A stretch of 64,000 nucleotides of DNA, taken from contig OZ286460.1 of NCBI GenBank assembly GCA_965644265.1, positions 124,496,001 to 124,560,000 of the forward strand. The letters run 5' to 3'. The stretch is from Glycera tridactyla. Its lineage: Eukaryota. Below the pieces are notes generated by a model. It did no database searches, was not told where the DNA came from, and saw only the letters and a list, made by a program, of their open reading frames with translations. The position numbers and the translations under genes are program-made. Positions 11,204 through 24,640 of this stretch are shown here, in pieces. Each line of letters begins with the position of its first letter. Position 1 is the first letter of the stretch.

Positions 11204-14119
11204 ATGACTACAACTACGAATTCGACTCTTCCACCGAGATATGAGACAGTTCAGTTAAACAGTATTTCTGAAATATCTGGACTCAAAGGAGTCAAACTTG
11301 CATATTTAAACATTCGAAGTTTAATTAACAAATTAGATGACATACGAATAATTCTGCTCCAAACAAGGATGGATGTATTATTATTGGGCGAAACCTTTCT
11401 AACTGAACAAGTGACCAATACTCAATTGCAGATACCTGGCTATTATATACATAGATCAGACCGTACATCGAGAAGTGGAAAACGAACAGGAGGGGGGCTA
11501 CTAGCCTATATAAGGGAAGACCGAGCAACAGAAATGGTAACTGCTATGACTATATGCAATCAGGATGTTGAAGGCATGTGGTTGAAACTCCAGCTTCCCG
11601 ATACCAGACCAGTTTACTTATGTGGGGTCTATAGACCCCCTCATGGCAATCCTGGTGCATATTGTGAATGGATAGAAGAATGTATTATAGATATAGGAAT
11701 CCAGAGAGTAAGTGACCAAGCAATTCTTGGAGATGTAAATATTGACGTTGAGAATAGACAAGTGTCCAAAGCATACAAATCGTCATTAAAAACAAGTAAT
11801 CTGAAACAAATCATAACAAAATACACCAGGGTAGCCATGGGGTCTAAGACTCTAATTGATCATGTTGTGGTAAATAATGTTGAAATGTACCATCAAACAG
11901 GAGTGGTGGAGACAGGTCTATCTGACCATAGTATGATCATAGTTTGCAGAAAACGTCCACCCGTCTCACGCAAAACCGAATATGTGTATTTCAAAGATTA
12001 TAAAAAGGCTAATTTCATTGAAATCAAGAAATGCCTATTAGAACATGACTGGACTGAATTTTACAATACCACAGATACTGACACTTGTACCGACATCTTG
12101 CATCGAATCATAGATGAGATACTTGATCAGCATGTCCCTCTGAAACGATATCGAGTCAACGAAAATTGGCCCAAATGGTTGAACGGGGAATACATGGATC
12201 TCATCAGGGAACGAGAAAATGCAAGTAGAAATTTCAAACTATCAAATACCGAAGAAAACAAACTTCTGAAGAAAAATTTAGAAAAGCAATGCAAAAAACT
12301 AAAAAAGAAACTGCAGAGACAGTACATCGAGAATGCTTTTGTTGAACATTCATCAGATTCGAGAAAACTTTGGGAGACAATAAATAGCTTTTGGGGCAAA
12401 GAGAAAGGCAGCACAAACATAGTGAAAATTGGTGAAAGTACGGATAGTAAAGAAATAGCATCAAAGCTTAATGAATACTTCTGCACAGTGGGAGAGAAAT
12501 TGAGCAATCTGATTAGGGATGATGGCATTGATGCATTAGATAACTTCCCATGTAACTTAAGAAATACACTGACTCTTCATGAAACAAACAACACAACGGT
12601 CATGAATCTAATAGGCAAATTATCAACCTCAAAATCGGGTAAGGACGATGGACTTCCTACCAAAGTGATAAAGGAATGTTCAGAAGAACTGTGTCCATTA
12701 CTCTGCCATTTGTACAATGTGAGTATTAAAAACGGTCATTTTCCGATCAAATGGAGGACAGCAACTGTTATTCCACTCTTTAAGGAAGGTAATCGATCAC
12801 TAGAGTCCAATTATCGGCCAATCAGTTTGTTGTGTACCATAAGTAAAATACTAGAAAAAATAATACATGCTCAGATCGCCTCGTATTTAGAGACCCATGG
12901 CCTACTGTGTCGGGAGCAATCAGGATTCAGGGAGGGCTGCTCCACTGGTACTTGTCTATTAGAATTTCTTGATAAACTTTATCTAAATATAGAATCGAGA
13001 AAGACCAGTGGGGTGCTCTTCCTGGATCTCAAGAAGGCCTTCGACACGGTGGACCATGGGTTGCTTCTACAAAAGCTTGAAAGATATGGAGCGGATCCTA
13101 ATTGTATTTCATGGTTTAATAGCTATTTGTCAGATAGACGTAATCAAGTTAAAGTCAACGGGGTTACATCAGGGGAAGAATTCATACGTTGTGGGGTACC
13201 GCAAGGGTCCACACTGGGGCCTTTATTGTTCTCGATTTATGTGAATGATATATCGTATCATATGAAGGGTCCCAGTGTGAACTTATTTGCTGATGATACT
13301 GCTATATTGGTCGAAGACGCATCTCCCCAGATTCTTAAGAACAAATTAGAAAATTCCTTATCAGAGGTATCAATCTGGCTGAAAAGGAATAAATTAAGTC
13401 TCAATACCAAAAAGACAAAGATCATGATATTTGGAAGTAAACAAAGCATATCGAAATGTAACTTCAATATCTTGCTTGGATCAGATATTATAACACAAGA
13501 ACAAACTTTTAAATATCTGGGAGTTGTGTTGGACAGCCAATTAAAGTTCAACCATCACGCCGAACACATAAGGAAGAAAACGATTGTTAGGACAGGTGTG
13601 CTGGGACGACTCAGGGACGTGCTAAGCCAATGCACGTCCCTGATGTTGTATCGGTCCCTTGTCCTGCCACTGTTTGACTATTGTGATATTGTCTATGACA
13701 GTCTGGGACTGGCAGATGCAACAAAACTGCAAAGAGTACAAAACAAAGCGTTAAGAATAATTACAAAAAGTCCACCAAGAACAAGATCTATTGAAGTACA
13801 CAAGCAGGTTGAGCTGCCATTCCTTGACTGTCGTAGACAGTATCACACTCTATTGCATGTGAACAAAATAATGATGGGAGAGGTACATCATCAATACACA
13901 CCATTGTGCGCATTTCCATCAATATCACATCATTACAACATTCGCTCAAAAGAAAAATCCTTTCTTGATGTCTATGTACCACGGACTAAACAGGCAGAAG
14001 GCTCATTTCGGTTTAGAGGACCCAATGTATGGAATAATTACTTGAGAAGTCATGTAGATGCCACATTCTGTGAATCAGATAGCTTTAAAACACAACTGAG
14101 CCATTTTCTCAAAATATGA
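11204..14119 (+). CDS. APE endonuclease + reverse transcriptase (LINE ORF2), intact
   Basis: 971 aa. LNIRSL, GETFL, GDVNID, IDH and SDH APE motifs; NYRPISLL, QSGFR, FLDLKKAFDTVDH, VPQGSTLGPLLF, FADDT and KYLGV RT motifs. Confidence 0.95.
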   Translation: MTTTTNSTLPPRYETVQLNSISEISGLKGVKLAYLNIRSLINKLDDIRIILLQTRMDVLLLGETFLTEQVTNTQLQIPGYYIHRSDRTSRSGKRTGGGLLAYIREDRATEMVTAMTICNQDVEGMWLKLQLPDTRPVYLCGVYRPPHGNPGAYCEWIEECIIDIGIQRVSDQAILGDVNIDVENRQVSKAYKSSLKTSNLKQIITKYTRVAMGSKTLIDHVVVNNVEMYHQTGVVETGLSDHSMIIVCRKRPPVSRKTEYVYFKDYKKANFIEIKKCLLEHDWTEFYNTTDTDTCTDILHRIIDEILDQHVPLKRYRVNENWPKWLNGEYMDLIRERENASRNFKLSNTEENKLLKKNLEKQCKKLKKKLQRQYIENAFVEHSSDSRKLWETINSFWGKEKGSTNIVKIGESTDSKEIASKLNEYFCTVGEKLSNLIRDDGIDALDNFPCNLRNTLTLHETNNTTVMNLIGKLSTSKSGKDDGLPTKVIKECSEELCPLLCHLYNVSIKNGHFPIKWRTATVIPLFKEGNRSLESNYRPISLLCTISKILEKIIHAQIASYLETHGLLCREQSGFREGCSTGTCLLEFLDKLYLNIESRKTSGVLFLDLKKAFDTVDHGLLLQKLERYGADPNCISWFNSYLSDRRNQVKVNGVTSGEEFIRCGVPQGSTLGPLLFSIYVNDISYHMKGPSVNLFADDTAILVEDASPQILKNKLENSLSEVSIWLKRNKLSLNTKKTKIMIFGSKQSISKCNFNILLGSDIITQEQTFKYLGVVLDSQLKFNHHAEHIRKKTIVRTGVLGRLRDVLSQCTSLMLYRSLVLPLFDYCDIVYDSLGLADATKLQRVQNKALRIITKSPPRTRSIEVHKQVELPFLDCRRQYHTLLHVNKIMMGEVHHQYTPLCAFPSISHHYNIRSKEKSFLDVYVPRTKQAEGSFRFRGPNVWNNYLRSHVDATFCESDSFKTQLSHFLKI

Positions 14120-14306
14120 GTTTGTATCAAACAGAAAACATAACACTATGTCGTTGGGGCAAATCTGAATGGTTTATTGAAATCATATGTCGAATATACA
14201 ATATCATCAAACAATCACCAATAACAATTCATTTCATCTCATTACTAACACTCATTGAACATATGTAAACCATTGTATTTGTGTTGATTATCGTCGGACC
14301 GGGAAA

Positions 14307-14381
14307 GCCCCAACATGCTGGGGCAACTGTTTGAATACATCTGTATGACGATTTAAAATAAAGAATTATACTATACTATAT
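14307..14381 (+). terminator. LINE A 3' end: GCCCCA-ACATGC-TGGGGC stem-loop, AATAAA, (TATAC)n tail
   Basis: 6-bp perfect hairpin 14307-14324, AATAAA 14357-14362, then short tandem tail. 3' stem-loops plus microsatellite tails are typical of CR1/L2 LINEs. Confidence 0.65.
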
Positions 14382-17300
14382 TACGATGCGAATGTGCAGT
14401 GCAACTCCCCCTCCCACTGGTTTATAATGATTGGAGGATCCCACTGGGACTCCTTTTAGTAGAGTCATATCCCCGTATATTCGGGTCCAGCAGGCACAGT
14501 GCCAATAATGACATGTGCCAGCCTTGTCCGGTCTCTATAGTCAATCTCGCTGCAAGTTAATGTGTAGATTCATGTCTATAGTTGGTTTGTGTTTGGGAAT
14601 ATAAAAATATCCGTGAGATATTACATCTCTTCTCTGGATGCTTAAGCCCTCGAAGCATCGGATCCCTTCTTTGAATATTGTTTACTTTATTTGAGTCCCT
14701 GGGAATCAGAAAGGCCACCGTCCAGGATCATATAGGAAAATGGGCCAAGTGCCAACTAGCCAAGTGTAAGTATCAACATCCCTCAGGGACGTTAGTCAGT
14801 GGCCTGTTCAGCAATCAACCCCCTCTCCATCAACCCTAGATTGTGGTAGGACCTCTAGTTTTGGTCCTAAGTCTATAGAATCAAAATATAGGGATCTTGC
14901 CCTAATCAATTCCCTTAAGGTATTTTATTTCCTCACAAAATGACTAAGTGCCAACCTCTTTGGATCAGAACCTGTCTTCCCACAATTTGGGTATCCCCTA
15001 AACGTGACATCAGTGCCTTAAATATGATGTCATTATCCCCTGCAATGCGGTCAGTACCCAATGCAAGTGGGTCCTATATTTTCCCCCAATGTTCAGGCAC
15101 GTGACGGGGTGCCTATCCACTATCACCCATAGTGATCAAAGACGTCACTAGGCCCCACTGCTAGTGTATCTGACCAATCCTATGTTTTTCATGCCGCTAG
15201 CTCCCAATTCTGTCTATGATGCTCCCAGGATAACGTCACCAAGGCCAACATCATCCCTGTAGACCAATCAGAAGATATTCGCATGATTCTGAATTCTGGA
15301 GTCATTACAGTCTAATGCCAGGTTTCTAGCATCAACTAGTGAAATAGAGAGAGACTATAAAGTGACCGCCTCTTCTCGCCAATCGTCACGTACGAACATG
15401 ATTTTCGCGCATATTACTGAGAGAGATTTTCTTGCTAATTCCCGCAGCAATCGGTGGTCACGAATTTGGTTTCGGGCTGGGCACCATTATTAGGAGCGAA
15501 ATCGTAGCGCCCGTACTCGGAGACCGAGCAATGCATCATCTCTTTAGCCGCACCAAGTGGGCTTTGTCCGGGAACGACTGCAGCTCACGGTCTCCGTTGG
15601 TCAAAAAGTCAAGTTCGTCGGGGCTTCTTTGTGTATGTTTAATATTCGAAGCGAAGCCTCGTTCTGGATTCTTGCGTATCATACTGCAACCTTTCGACAT
15701 ATGACGTCATTTCTCGACCTTCACACTTGACCTCACGAACATTATCGTATCACGTCCGGCAAATTCCTGATTTTTCCGGAAATGGCGCCAAATTGTCGAA
15801 ACTTATTCTAAATCAGCGAATGCATGTGAATTATGGCTTATAGTGAAGAAAACCGGTCACACCCGCGCTTCGAGTGACTCTATCCGCATGATATTTCACA
15901 AACATGACTAGAAAGAACCATAAATGAGATATTACATCTCGGAACCCACCGTAGTGGCTATTTAGTCTAAAATGCGATGACTTTGAATGCATTGGAGCCA
16001 GCCCTCCGCACGAAAACTGTAGCCATAGATCCCAGGAGATCTCTCGGGTCGGCAAACCGAGAGGTCTGAGATCCGGTTCACACTACCTTCTGGCCAAGAT
16101 TTCATACAAGAGCACAGGCTCTCGTGCTGCCAAAATGAAAACCCGTTTTCCATCGAATTTCGGACAGATAGGGGTAAACCCCCGAAAACAAACTAAGAGA
16201 GGGATACAGACGCATGGTAGCGTTCTCAGGAGGGACTCTAGAGAACGACAGAATTTTAGAATAAGAAAAAGACATAAGATGAGAACACGGTATCATGCTC
16301 AAAATAATACTATACAAACCCAACCAGAACAGAACCGACTCCCGGTAAAACCAACCACCTGACGGTCATAATCAGGTCACGTGTCTCACACACGTACCCT
16401 GTTATCACGTCAGGCCCATCAGATCTCCCAAGAGGTCATGGGGACCTGCTCTCGTGCGGTAATACTCAATCAGTTACAAATGTCACAATTATACCCTGCT
16501 TCAACACTGGTACTGATCCAAGTGACCTGCGGTTGAACCCACATGACAGTCAACCCACTATTGACTAGAATGTCCACTCTCTCTCATGCGAGTCCATCAC
16601 TTGGAACAACCATAGGGAGACGAATACAAGTATAGTTCAACACAGTATAAACGCTAAATTCCTGAGCGTATGTCCATGGTATATATGGATATATAAACGA
16701 GCAGCCATTTTTATACAACATCCTTGCTGGTTGTCCCGAGATCATTATCCTCCTACTCTCGTGCTCCAGCTAAACTATTGAGGGCTCAACCAGAAGATGG
16801 CTCTCGTAGAATCGTGATCATATGGTGGAAGGGTCGGCGATTGGTCGTTGCACAGCGATTAGTTATCCTCTTCCCTGAATGTTCCAAATGCGAGAGCCAG
16901 AGGCATACCTCTCGTGCGATCCAAGGCGCATGTCTCTGAAACTCAAGCAAGTGAAACATATCAGGTTAATAACCGTACAACACGTAAAAATCCCCATCAA
17001 CCCACCCGACATGCAGTCCAACATAGATCACTCAGAAACATACTGTCCAGTATAACTACTAACATCGAGCATCACAGCCTATTTGACAGTAGGATATATT
17101 CATCCTAGGAGCATGTATGAACGGCAAAATGGAGCAGATTATAATGGCAGAATACATAGATCAAATACGCTTACCTATAAATAGATATATATAAGAATAA
17201 ATATGATTAAATAAGATTACATATGGTTTGAGCATAGTAAAAGTACGTGAACACTATATTTTTTGAAGTTTTTCTCTTTTTGTCAATTTCTGTTTTGTTT

Positions 17301-17908
17301 TGCGTATATATATAATTTTTTCGTAGATTCTCTGTTTTATAAAAGTTTTTGTTTTTGTTTTGATTGTAGAAGGGGGGGGGGGGTATCAAACTCTCTTGCA
17401 CACTCACATAGTACTTTACAAAAACAACCGAGGCGGGCCACGCAGGTCGACATGCCCCCTCTCATACTAGGATGCAGCAGTCAGTTACTGCAAGTCAGTC
17501 CCATGGACAGCATCGTATAACCCTCTCTCGGTTGCTAGACAATACCTGTCTGAACCAGCCCACTCGACACTCATACCATACAACAACAACAAGAAACTTT
17601 CGAGAGGGTGGTTCATTCAGGGGTGAGAGGTTGAAACCCCCAAGAGAGACACTAGGTCATTTGGTCCCCCTTGGAGGTTCCAAGTTGAAATGTATCTATA
17701 ACTGGCTCGACTGGACAGTTGGTCATGAAATGTAGTCGTTATCCCTACTCTCGTGCGCCCCAGATAACTAGTCTATCATGTGGAGAGATCCCTGCGTGTA
17801 GTGCGATGTGACTGTGGATGTTGCATTGTGTTTGGAGAATTCCTATCTCTTACCATGCGAGCCTGGGCTCTTGGCTCCGCATGAGAGGCACTACCTAGCC
17901 TGTAACAT

Positions 17909-20900
17909 CTATTCTGCATTACACCCCAAGTTATGAGAGGTTAGAGGGACCTGCTCCCTCAATGTGATGGGTGTCTGATCCAGGTTTGGATAACAGAGAG
18001 GTGCGGATGGTGGTGGTGCATAGAAACCTTTACATGCGAAACCATCGCATGCTGGGGTGCATAACTTTGGAATGATGTACACCCTTCCATTCATTTCTAT
18101 CTTGAACACCGCCGAGAACCGCCCTCTCAGAATACGCTTCACTCTCCCTACTTGCCATGGTAGTAGCATTATCCTGCATGGTAGTTCAATTGGGTTCAAC
18201 CCTAACCAGTTCCCAATGATCAAGCCCCTCCAATATACATCTAGATATCTGCAGAAACCCCTCCGCATTATCTGATATGGTCCTGGGTTCCCACAGCTCA
18301 TCAAGTGATAGTTGGCTGAAGCACCCGGCAGTTTCATGACTAGTATATCCAGAGTATCTACCAAATTCCCTAGCTCGAGATACGGCTTGCATCTCATGCA
18401 AATCCGGATTGTATATATGAGCCAAGACAGGAACACGACCACAGCGATGAGTGAAATAATCGAAAGAGACCCTAATACATTCATAGCTGATGCGTACGTC
18501 TCGCTAAAACAAGCAGAGGTTTCCGGATGTGCGATTCGATTTCCGGTAATAACCGGAAGCAAAGGCATCACAGACGAAGACTGAGTGGTTCCCGCCAAAA
18601 ATATTCCTTGTGGAACTTCTAACATCTCGACTGTTTCGCATGGCTTTATCAGTCCCACTAGACTATATGCTTTCACCGCATGCTCTAACAATCTGACATT
18701 TCGCCTCAGATAAAGCGAGAGTCCGGTGGAGCCTGCAGCAATCAGCATACTGGATAATGCGAAAATATTGGTTAATGTAAAGAAATCTGCCGCTTGATCA
18801 AAGGTCCACGTGCTAGCCAGAATTTGCTTGATAGGGTCCACTTTCAAGCCTTCTTTGGCTTGCTTCATCACAGCTGCCAATTGCATCGAATATTCGTAGT
18901 CTCTATTAATATTGACTGCAAAATTATCGCTAACGTGGATTTTTGGTGGCTCTGGTAGCCATTTCTCTTTGGATAATGAACCCCCTGTTATCTCGTGTAA
19001 TTCGTGAGTATCATATACTAACGATATAGCTGCAAGATTCACTGGATATTCAACACTATACACGTCTGCTGGAGGCAGACAATTATTAATGCAAGGAGGT
19101 AATGCGGCTGCAGATATCTGGTTTGAAACATGCAACGCACAACCGCATTGTAGAGCAATCTGGCAGTATACACAGCCTGGCTTCTTTTGAGGTAACTGTT
19201 TTTCGCATTGTATCATCATTGCATTAGCATTATGTACCAAAATGCGACCATTCCCTAACTCAACCAGGTCTACCATGGGGTCTGTTCGTTCGAACCTAAA
19301 CCCACAGAGTCCTCTCACATTTTCCGAATGGTCTAGAAATATTGCAGCCATACAGGACGGCTGATCAATATCAAATATCTTCAGAGAGAAAGTGCAGCAA
19401 AATGCGGTAGTATCATCGCATCGTGAGAGCTCTTTATGAGTCATCTCGATGAAATTCCTTTTGCCTTTTGTAATTCCAAAATATTCCACCCCTGTCTTCA
19501 GCCTAGTGGTCTGAGTAGCAGTATCCGTGATAGGGGTGTTATGAATATTGATTGAATACAGATAGAAATCCTTCTGCAGGGAAGACATAGGAAACTCTAA
19601 CGTGATCAGCAATTTCTCTTCAGTAGTTCTGAAATAGTTCACTCTACCATGCTTATAGTAGTACTGTGGGTTCACTTCAGTCAGATGGAAGTGTGGGTAA
19701 TCATACACGATTTGTTCTTGTAGTGAAGCTGTGGTGGTGGTCAGTACTGTATCGTTAATGAGATAAGGGCTCAAATTTTCCTGAACCAAATCATGAACTG
19801 CTGACCTCAGGTGTTCAATTTCAGGATTTAAAACCTGCAACCTCTCTATCATGGTTGCCAACACATTGCCAGTCAAAATTGAATGCTGTAACACCTGCCA
19901 CAGCCTGGCATCCACCTCATCAGACAATTGCTCCAATTACCTATAGACGTCCCTCTGCAGTCCTGTAAGTGCCCCAGCCATGTTCTCAAAACGTTTGGAT
20001 GTAACATCCATAAAGGATGCAGTTTCCTGTTGGAATTTAGTGAAACGATCTGAGAGGATAGTCTGTGAATCGCTGACCACCCTCACTACGTCCTTCAGTC
20101 TAGTCATATCTGATCCAGTGGCCAGACCAAACACGTGCTTCCCTAGCCAGGCGAACGGATTCCATCTACGAAGACGATCTCTTGTGATCATTGGTAAGTT
20201 CACTTTCAAATACTCCCCTATGTCTTCTAACTGGGCCGCCGCATTGTCCAGCAGTCTCTCTGTAATATTAAACATGCCCGAAGCAGTCGCCAATTGGTCA
20301 CGTACAAATTTCCGGTTGGAGCTCGAGAATGTCACCCTACGGTTCGAACTTCCCTGATCAGCTCGCTGCGTGATTTTGCGTTTACGCCTCACGAGCAAGT
20401 TCATCGATCGCATGGTTGGATCGAAACATCACCTTTCTCGACATATTTCCCGTCTGCATTCCATTCGCGTGCCGCAGGTTTCGTTGACCGCTTTCTTCAC
20501 ACACTCGCTGGATGTGGAATCTTGTCGTCGCAATAGGATAGAACTGTTAGTGACTATCAGATTCACGTTTTCTGCGCATTGTCCATAATTATCGTGAAAC
20601 TGTCGCATGAGCATTATTCCTATAGCGGTATTACTTCTATCTACTGTCTCTCGTCTGAATCTGGGTCTTCTCGTGGTGACGTTTCGAGAAGTCAGCGATA
20701 GAATAGATTCTCTCGCATTATTCAAATCAGCAGCCATGCGTCTTCTACACTCTCGCAGCCTCTCCAATATGTGGAAATTGTCTGAGCAGCCTGACTCTCT
20801 ACATGTGTCGTTACTGCCCTGGGTATTGTGCTTTGAGAAACATGGGTCCATGCGGATGAAGAGGGATAAAGGGTTTTCAATGGTTGGAACATTATCCCAT

Positions 20901-21148
20901 AATTGGGTCTACTTACCGGGTCGAGAGGTGTTTCTGTCGACCCGAGAGTAACCATCCTCCATACGACATAGGTGGTTATCCAAACCACCCTCATACCCAT
21001 ACTGTCGTCGTCTGAAACAGACGACAATTGGACGAAAATCAACCCTTTTTGATCCAAACCCCATCATATTGTAAACTCTAGGAATCAATATCATCATCAT
21101 GCGACCGCATGAGATCTTACAATATGATGTTGAGCCCCCTTGTCTCAT
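17909..21148 (-). pseudogene. env: Env of inner Gypsy element (putative class I, F-like fusion protein), in several ORF pieces
   Basis: NYGIMF motif (outer: NYGVHF), basic sites RPRFRR, RRKRK and RLRR, then hydrophobic WNPFAWLGKHVFGLAT, heptad region, Cys-rich domain, PVNLAA and TM segments. Confidence 0.75.
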
Positions 21149-22985
21149 AGAATCAGACTTGGAGTGACATGTGTGTTCTGTTTGTGTTTCAGCATTGCTC
21201 CCTCATCACCCTCTCAGCTACGATTCCTCTTGTGCACGTTCCTCACCTCAAAAGAAAAATATTCTAACCTCTCTTGCTACTTCTTTTTCGTAGCTCATAA
21301 CCTCTCTTGCAACCTCTTTCTTGACTCACTATCTCTTCTCTTTACTCGCCATTTTCTCCCCCCAAAACATGGCTTCTATTCACCCTTCAATTATTGAGTG
21401 GTCTGTGGCGATGTTAACCCGCGCCTGGGCCGACTGGGGAGTAGATCGAGTGGACATGGTTGTTGGTTAAGACGTTATCCTCTTCCTGATGAGGCCCCTG
21501 CCGGGGCAGTTGGGACTGTCCCTGGCCTCACACATGGTGGGGAATATGGTTCCATACCACCATACTGCCCATGTGGCAGCATGGGGGGGGGGGGTGCTTT
21601 GGAGGTGTCGTCCGCCTGGACGACCCTGCCATACCCCTGGTACCATGGGGACCATCCCTTTCTCGGGTCCTAACGGACATGCCGTCCCTGGGACACATTG
21701 CTATTGCCCCTTCAGGTGGTCCTTCAACTTTTGGCTCCTCAGGGTATGCCCCTGCCACCCTGGCGGGACTGCCCTTGGACTACATGTCCCCCGGTCCCTT
21801 CCGTCTTCCCTCCCATGGGTTGGTCATGGACCAACCCATGGTCCCTGCTGGGTCCGGTCAGACCCCGCCTGTAGAGTAGCTGAGCCTATGCCCCAGCGGT
21901 CCAGTCTCCCGGAACCCAGGGGCCCTGGACGGCTCATGCCCAGTCCCACCCTGCCCCAGGTGGGTCTGAATCGTTGGTTGGAAGCCCTCACACATGCTCA
22001 ACCCCAGGTCCAACCTCCCCCAGCCCATCGTCTCATTCCCCCATCACGACCCATACCAACACCCGTTGTACCCCTACCCAACAGGGTCCCCCCACACAAA
22101 AGAACCTCCTCCTGAGGGGTCTCCTGAGAGGAGAGGACCCGCCTGTGGCCCCCACTCAGGACAACACATTGTCCTCAACTCTGGGTCCATGGGACCCTCC
22201 CATGTACGAGGACGAGTCCTCTTCCTTAAATGAGGGGGAGCCAGGGCGGGGTATCCGTCGCTAAGTTACATTTCTAACCTTCTCCTTGTTCGCATGCTGC
22301 CTTCCCTTGTAGATGAATGTATATGCTCATATCATCCTGTGGCCATGTATAAACATTCTATACCCTATTCATCCTCTTTATCATCATGCGATTATCCCAG
22401 GATCAATATCTTACTATAGTGATTCTCTTTAATTATTGGTGATTATGATAAGGAGTGTCTATGATCACCACGGCTCACCTCTAGGTGGCCCAGGCAAAGG
22501 AGACGTCGTAGATACATCGCAACCCTCCCCCATATCCACAAGGTAAGTGAATACTTATTCATCTTTTTGGCAATGATCAGTTGCCAAGGCCCAAGATGAC
22601 AGGACCTTCATTAGGGTGATACTCTATCTGCATGCTATCTTTCATTCTAAAACCAGCTATTCAGAGAGTCCCTCTTGGCACCGAGACCCCGGGTCTAATT
22701 TCTATCTCTTTCCGACCCTAAATAAATGACTGCAACTCTCTCTGGCCTGACGACTGAGCATGTTGAGTCTGACCTCTCCTATTTACTGAGCATGGCGCTG
22801 GTACCTGACTCAATCGTACCCCAATTGATTTCTCGTTAGGCTGAATTCTCACTAATTCAATATTCTGGCCTTCCTAACGATAATAAGCGCTATCAGGCTT
22901 TATTCTGGCTGGATTATGGAGCGGTAGTCTTGGACGCTGATACCTCGTCTAATCTCTTATGCGAGTATCAGTCACTATACGCTGA

Positions 22986-24442
22986 TTAACTTTTATCCTG
23001 TCCTTCCAATAATCGTTTCTGACTACGAGTCACTGGCCCGTGTGAGCGTATAGTAATTCCCTTGGCTTTTTGTGGTTCTAACTGTTTCCTAGCCCTTCTC
23101 AGATTAGATATTCGGACCGCATCTGCCCCTACTCTTGGATTGCATGGCGTCGGCGCCTCGTCTAAGGTGCAAAGCCGGCTATCGTCCTCACGGCCTAATA
23201 ACGATAATTTGTTGCCATGCATTAACGAACCCAATGCGAGATTTGACTTCGCATCTTATAGTCGGAATAGTACGCCACCCAGCGTATCCATGATACGATA
23301 AGGTCCGGTTCGCTGATTGTCGGTCTTCCCCACTGCTTGACCTGCGGGGCGAGCCGTCTTCAGCCAGACCAAGTCAACTTTAAATGGCATGCAACTCACG
23401 TGATATCGCTTTTCGTATACATCTTTGTACCGCTGAGCTGCCTCCTCTAAATTCTTCCTAGCAATCTCTCTATGGGCAGTCAGTTCTGGTAAAAGGCATT
23501 TGAGGACATTTTCGACATTTACTTTTAGAAATGCCGCGTTTTTAATATCACAAAACTCGCCGAACCTAGTATCTACCCCTGTAGCCAAGAACAGAGGAGA
23601 ATACCCTGTAGATTGGGATGCTGAAGTGTTCAAATTCAGTCTTACTACCGGCAGATATTTAACCCATTCTTTTGTCTTGCTCACCAGAACTCGCATGAAC
23701 TATTGACTCTCTCAACCTTCGCATTACTCTCTGGTCTATGGCTACTAGTATACAACCTCTTGTATCCAAACTGCTGAGCTAGACATTACATAATCTGACT
23801 TAGGAAACTTTGATGTCTGTCTGTCGTTAGTATGACTGGACATCCATGCCTACAGATCCATTCTCTGAAAAATGCTTTGGCGATGGTCTCAGCCTTCTCA
23901 TTTGGAATAGCAACAATTTTTACATAAGCGGAAAATGAGTCTATGATCACTAACAGTTTGGTGTGTCCTGTATTTGGATCCATAGGCAGTGATAGTACAT
24001 CCATATGCACGTGATACCAGATAGGGAATATCTGACGCAGTTCTAGAGGTGCCTTATAGGAGTTATAGGGTCTTTTGCCTCTACCGCATGTTTCACAGCT
24101 CCGCACGTAAGCTTTGATATCACTGGTCATCTTAGGCCAATAATACTTAGACTTAACGTTGCTAAGCAGTGTCAGCACTCCCATATGGCATCCCATCAAA
24201 CTATCGTGATGGACCTCCGTCACGTAACGTCTGAATTGGACTGGTAAGCACAGTTGGAGGATCTCACTACCCCTGGCCTTAGTCCCATGCAAGTAGAAAA
24301 TGTGATAGAGCAAATTTTCCTCACTAAGAACGTAGTGCTGATGGTCCCTCAGCACCAGCTTGGCCTGATAGGTCCTCTTGGGCAGAGTCTCGTGTTTCAA
24401 ATAGTGATACATGTGTTTGAAATCATCGCTGTCTTTCTGCAT
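22986..24442 (-). pseudogene. Integrase of inner Gypsy element
   Basis: HHDSLMGCH...CETC zinc finger, HMDVL, TTDR, and GPY motif (RTGPYRI). Split over several frames. Confidence 0.9.
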
Positions 24443-24640
24443 GTTTCTGAGAATTTCGGCATCGGACTTAAATTGCTCAAGTTGTTCCTCAAGCAGCTTA
24501 GGACCTAAGAACGCATGATATGTCAGCTATCTCACTTATCGTTCTAGCAGCTGGGCCATGACTTTGTTTCAGAGTATGCACAAACATCACTATAGTATCA
24601 TCTAAGGGCGTACCTAATTCCTTCTTGGAATAATTCAGTT

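Larger units (their letters stand above)
5900..14381 (+). mobile_element. LINE element A (CR1/L2 group; ORF1 + SGNH ORF + APE-RT); 5' boundary approximate
   Basis: Three co-oriented open ORFs, a 3' stem-loop, AATAAA at 14357 and a (TATAC)n tail. No clear TSD found. Confidence 0.85.
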
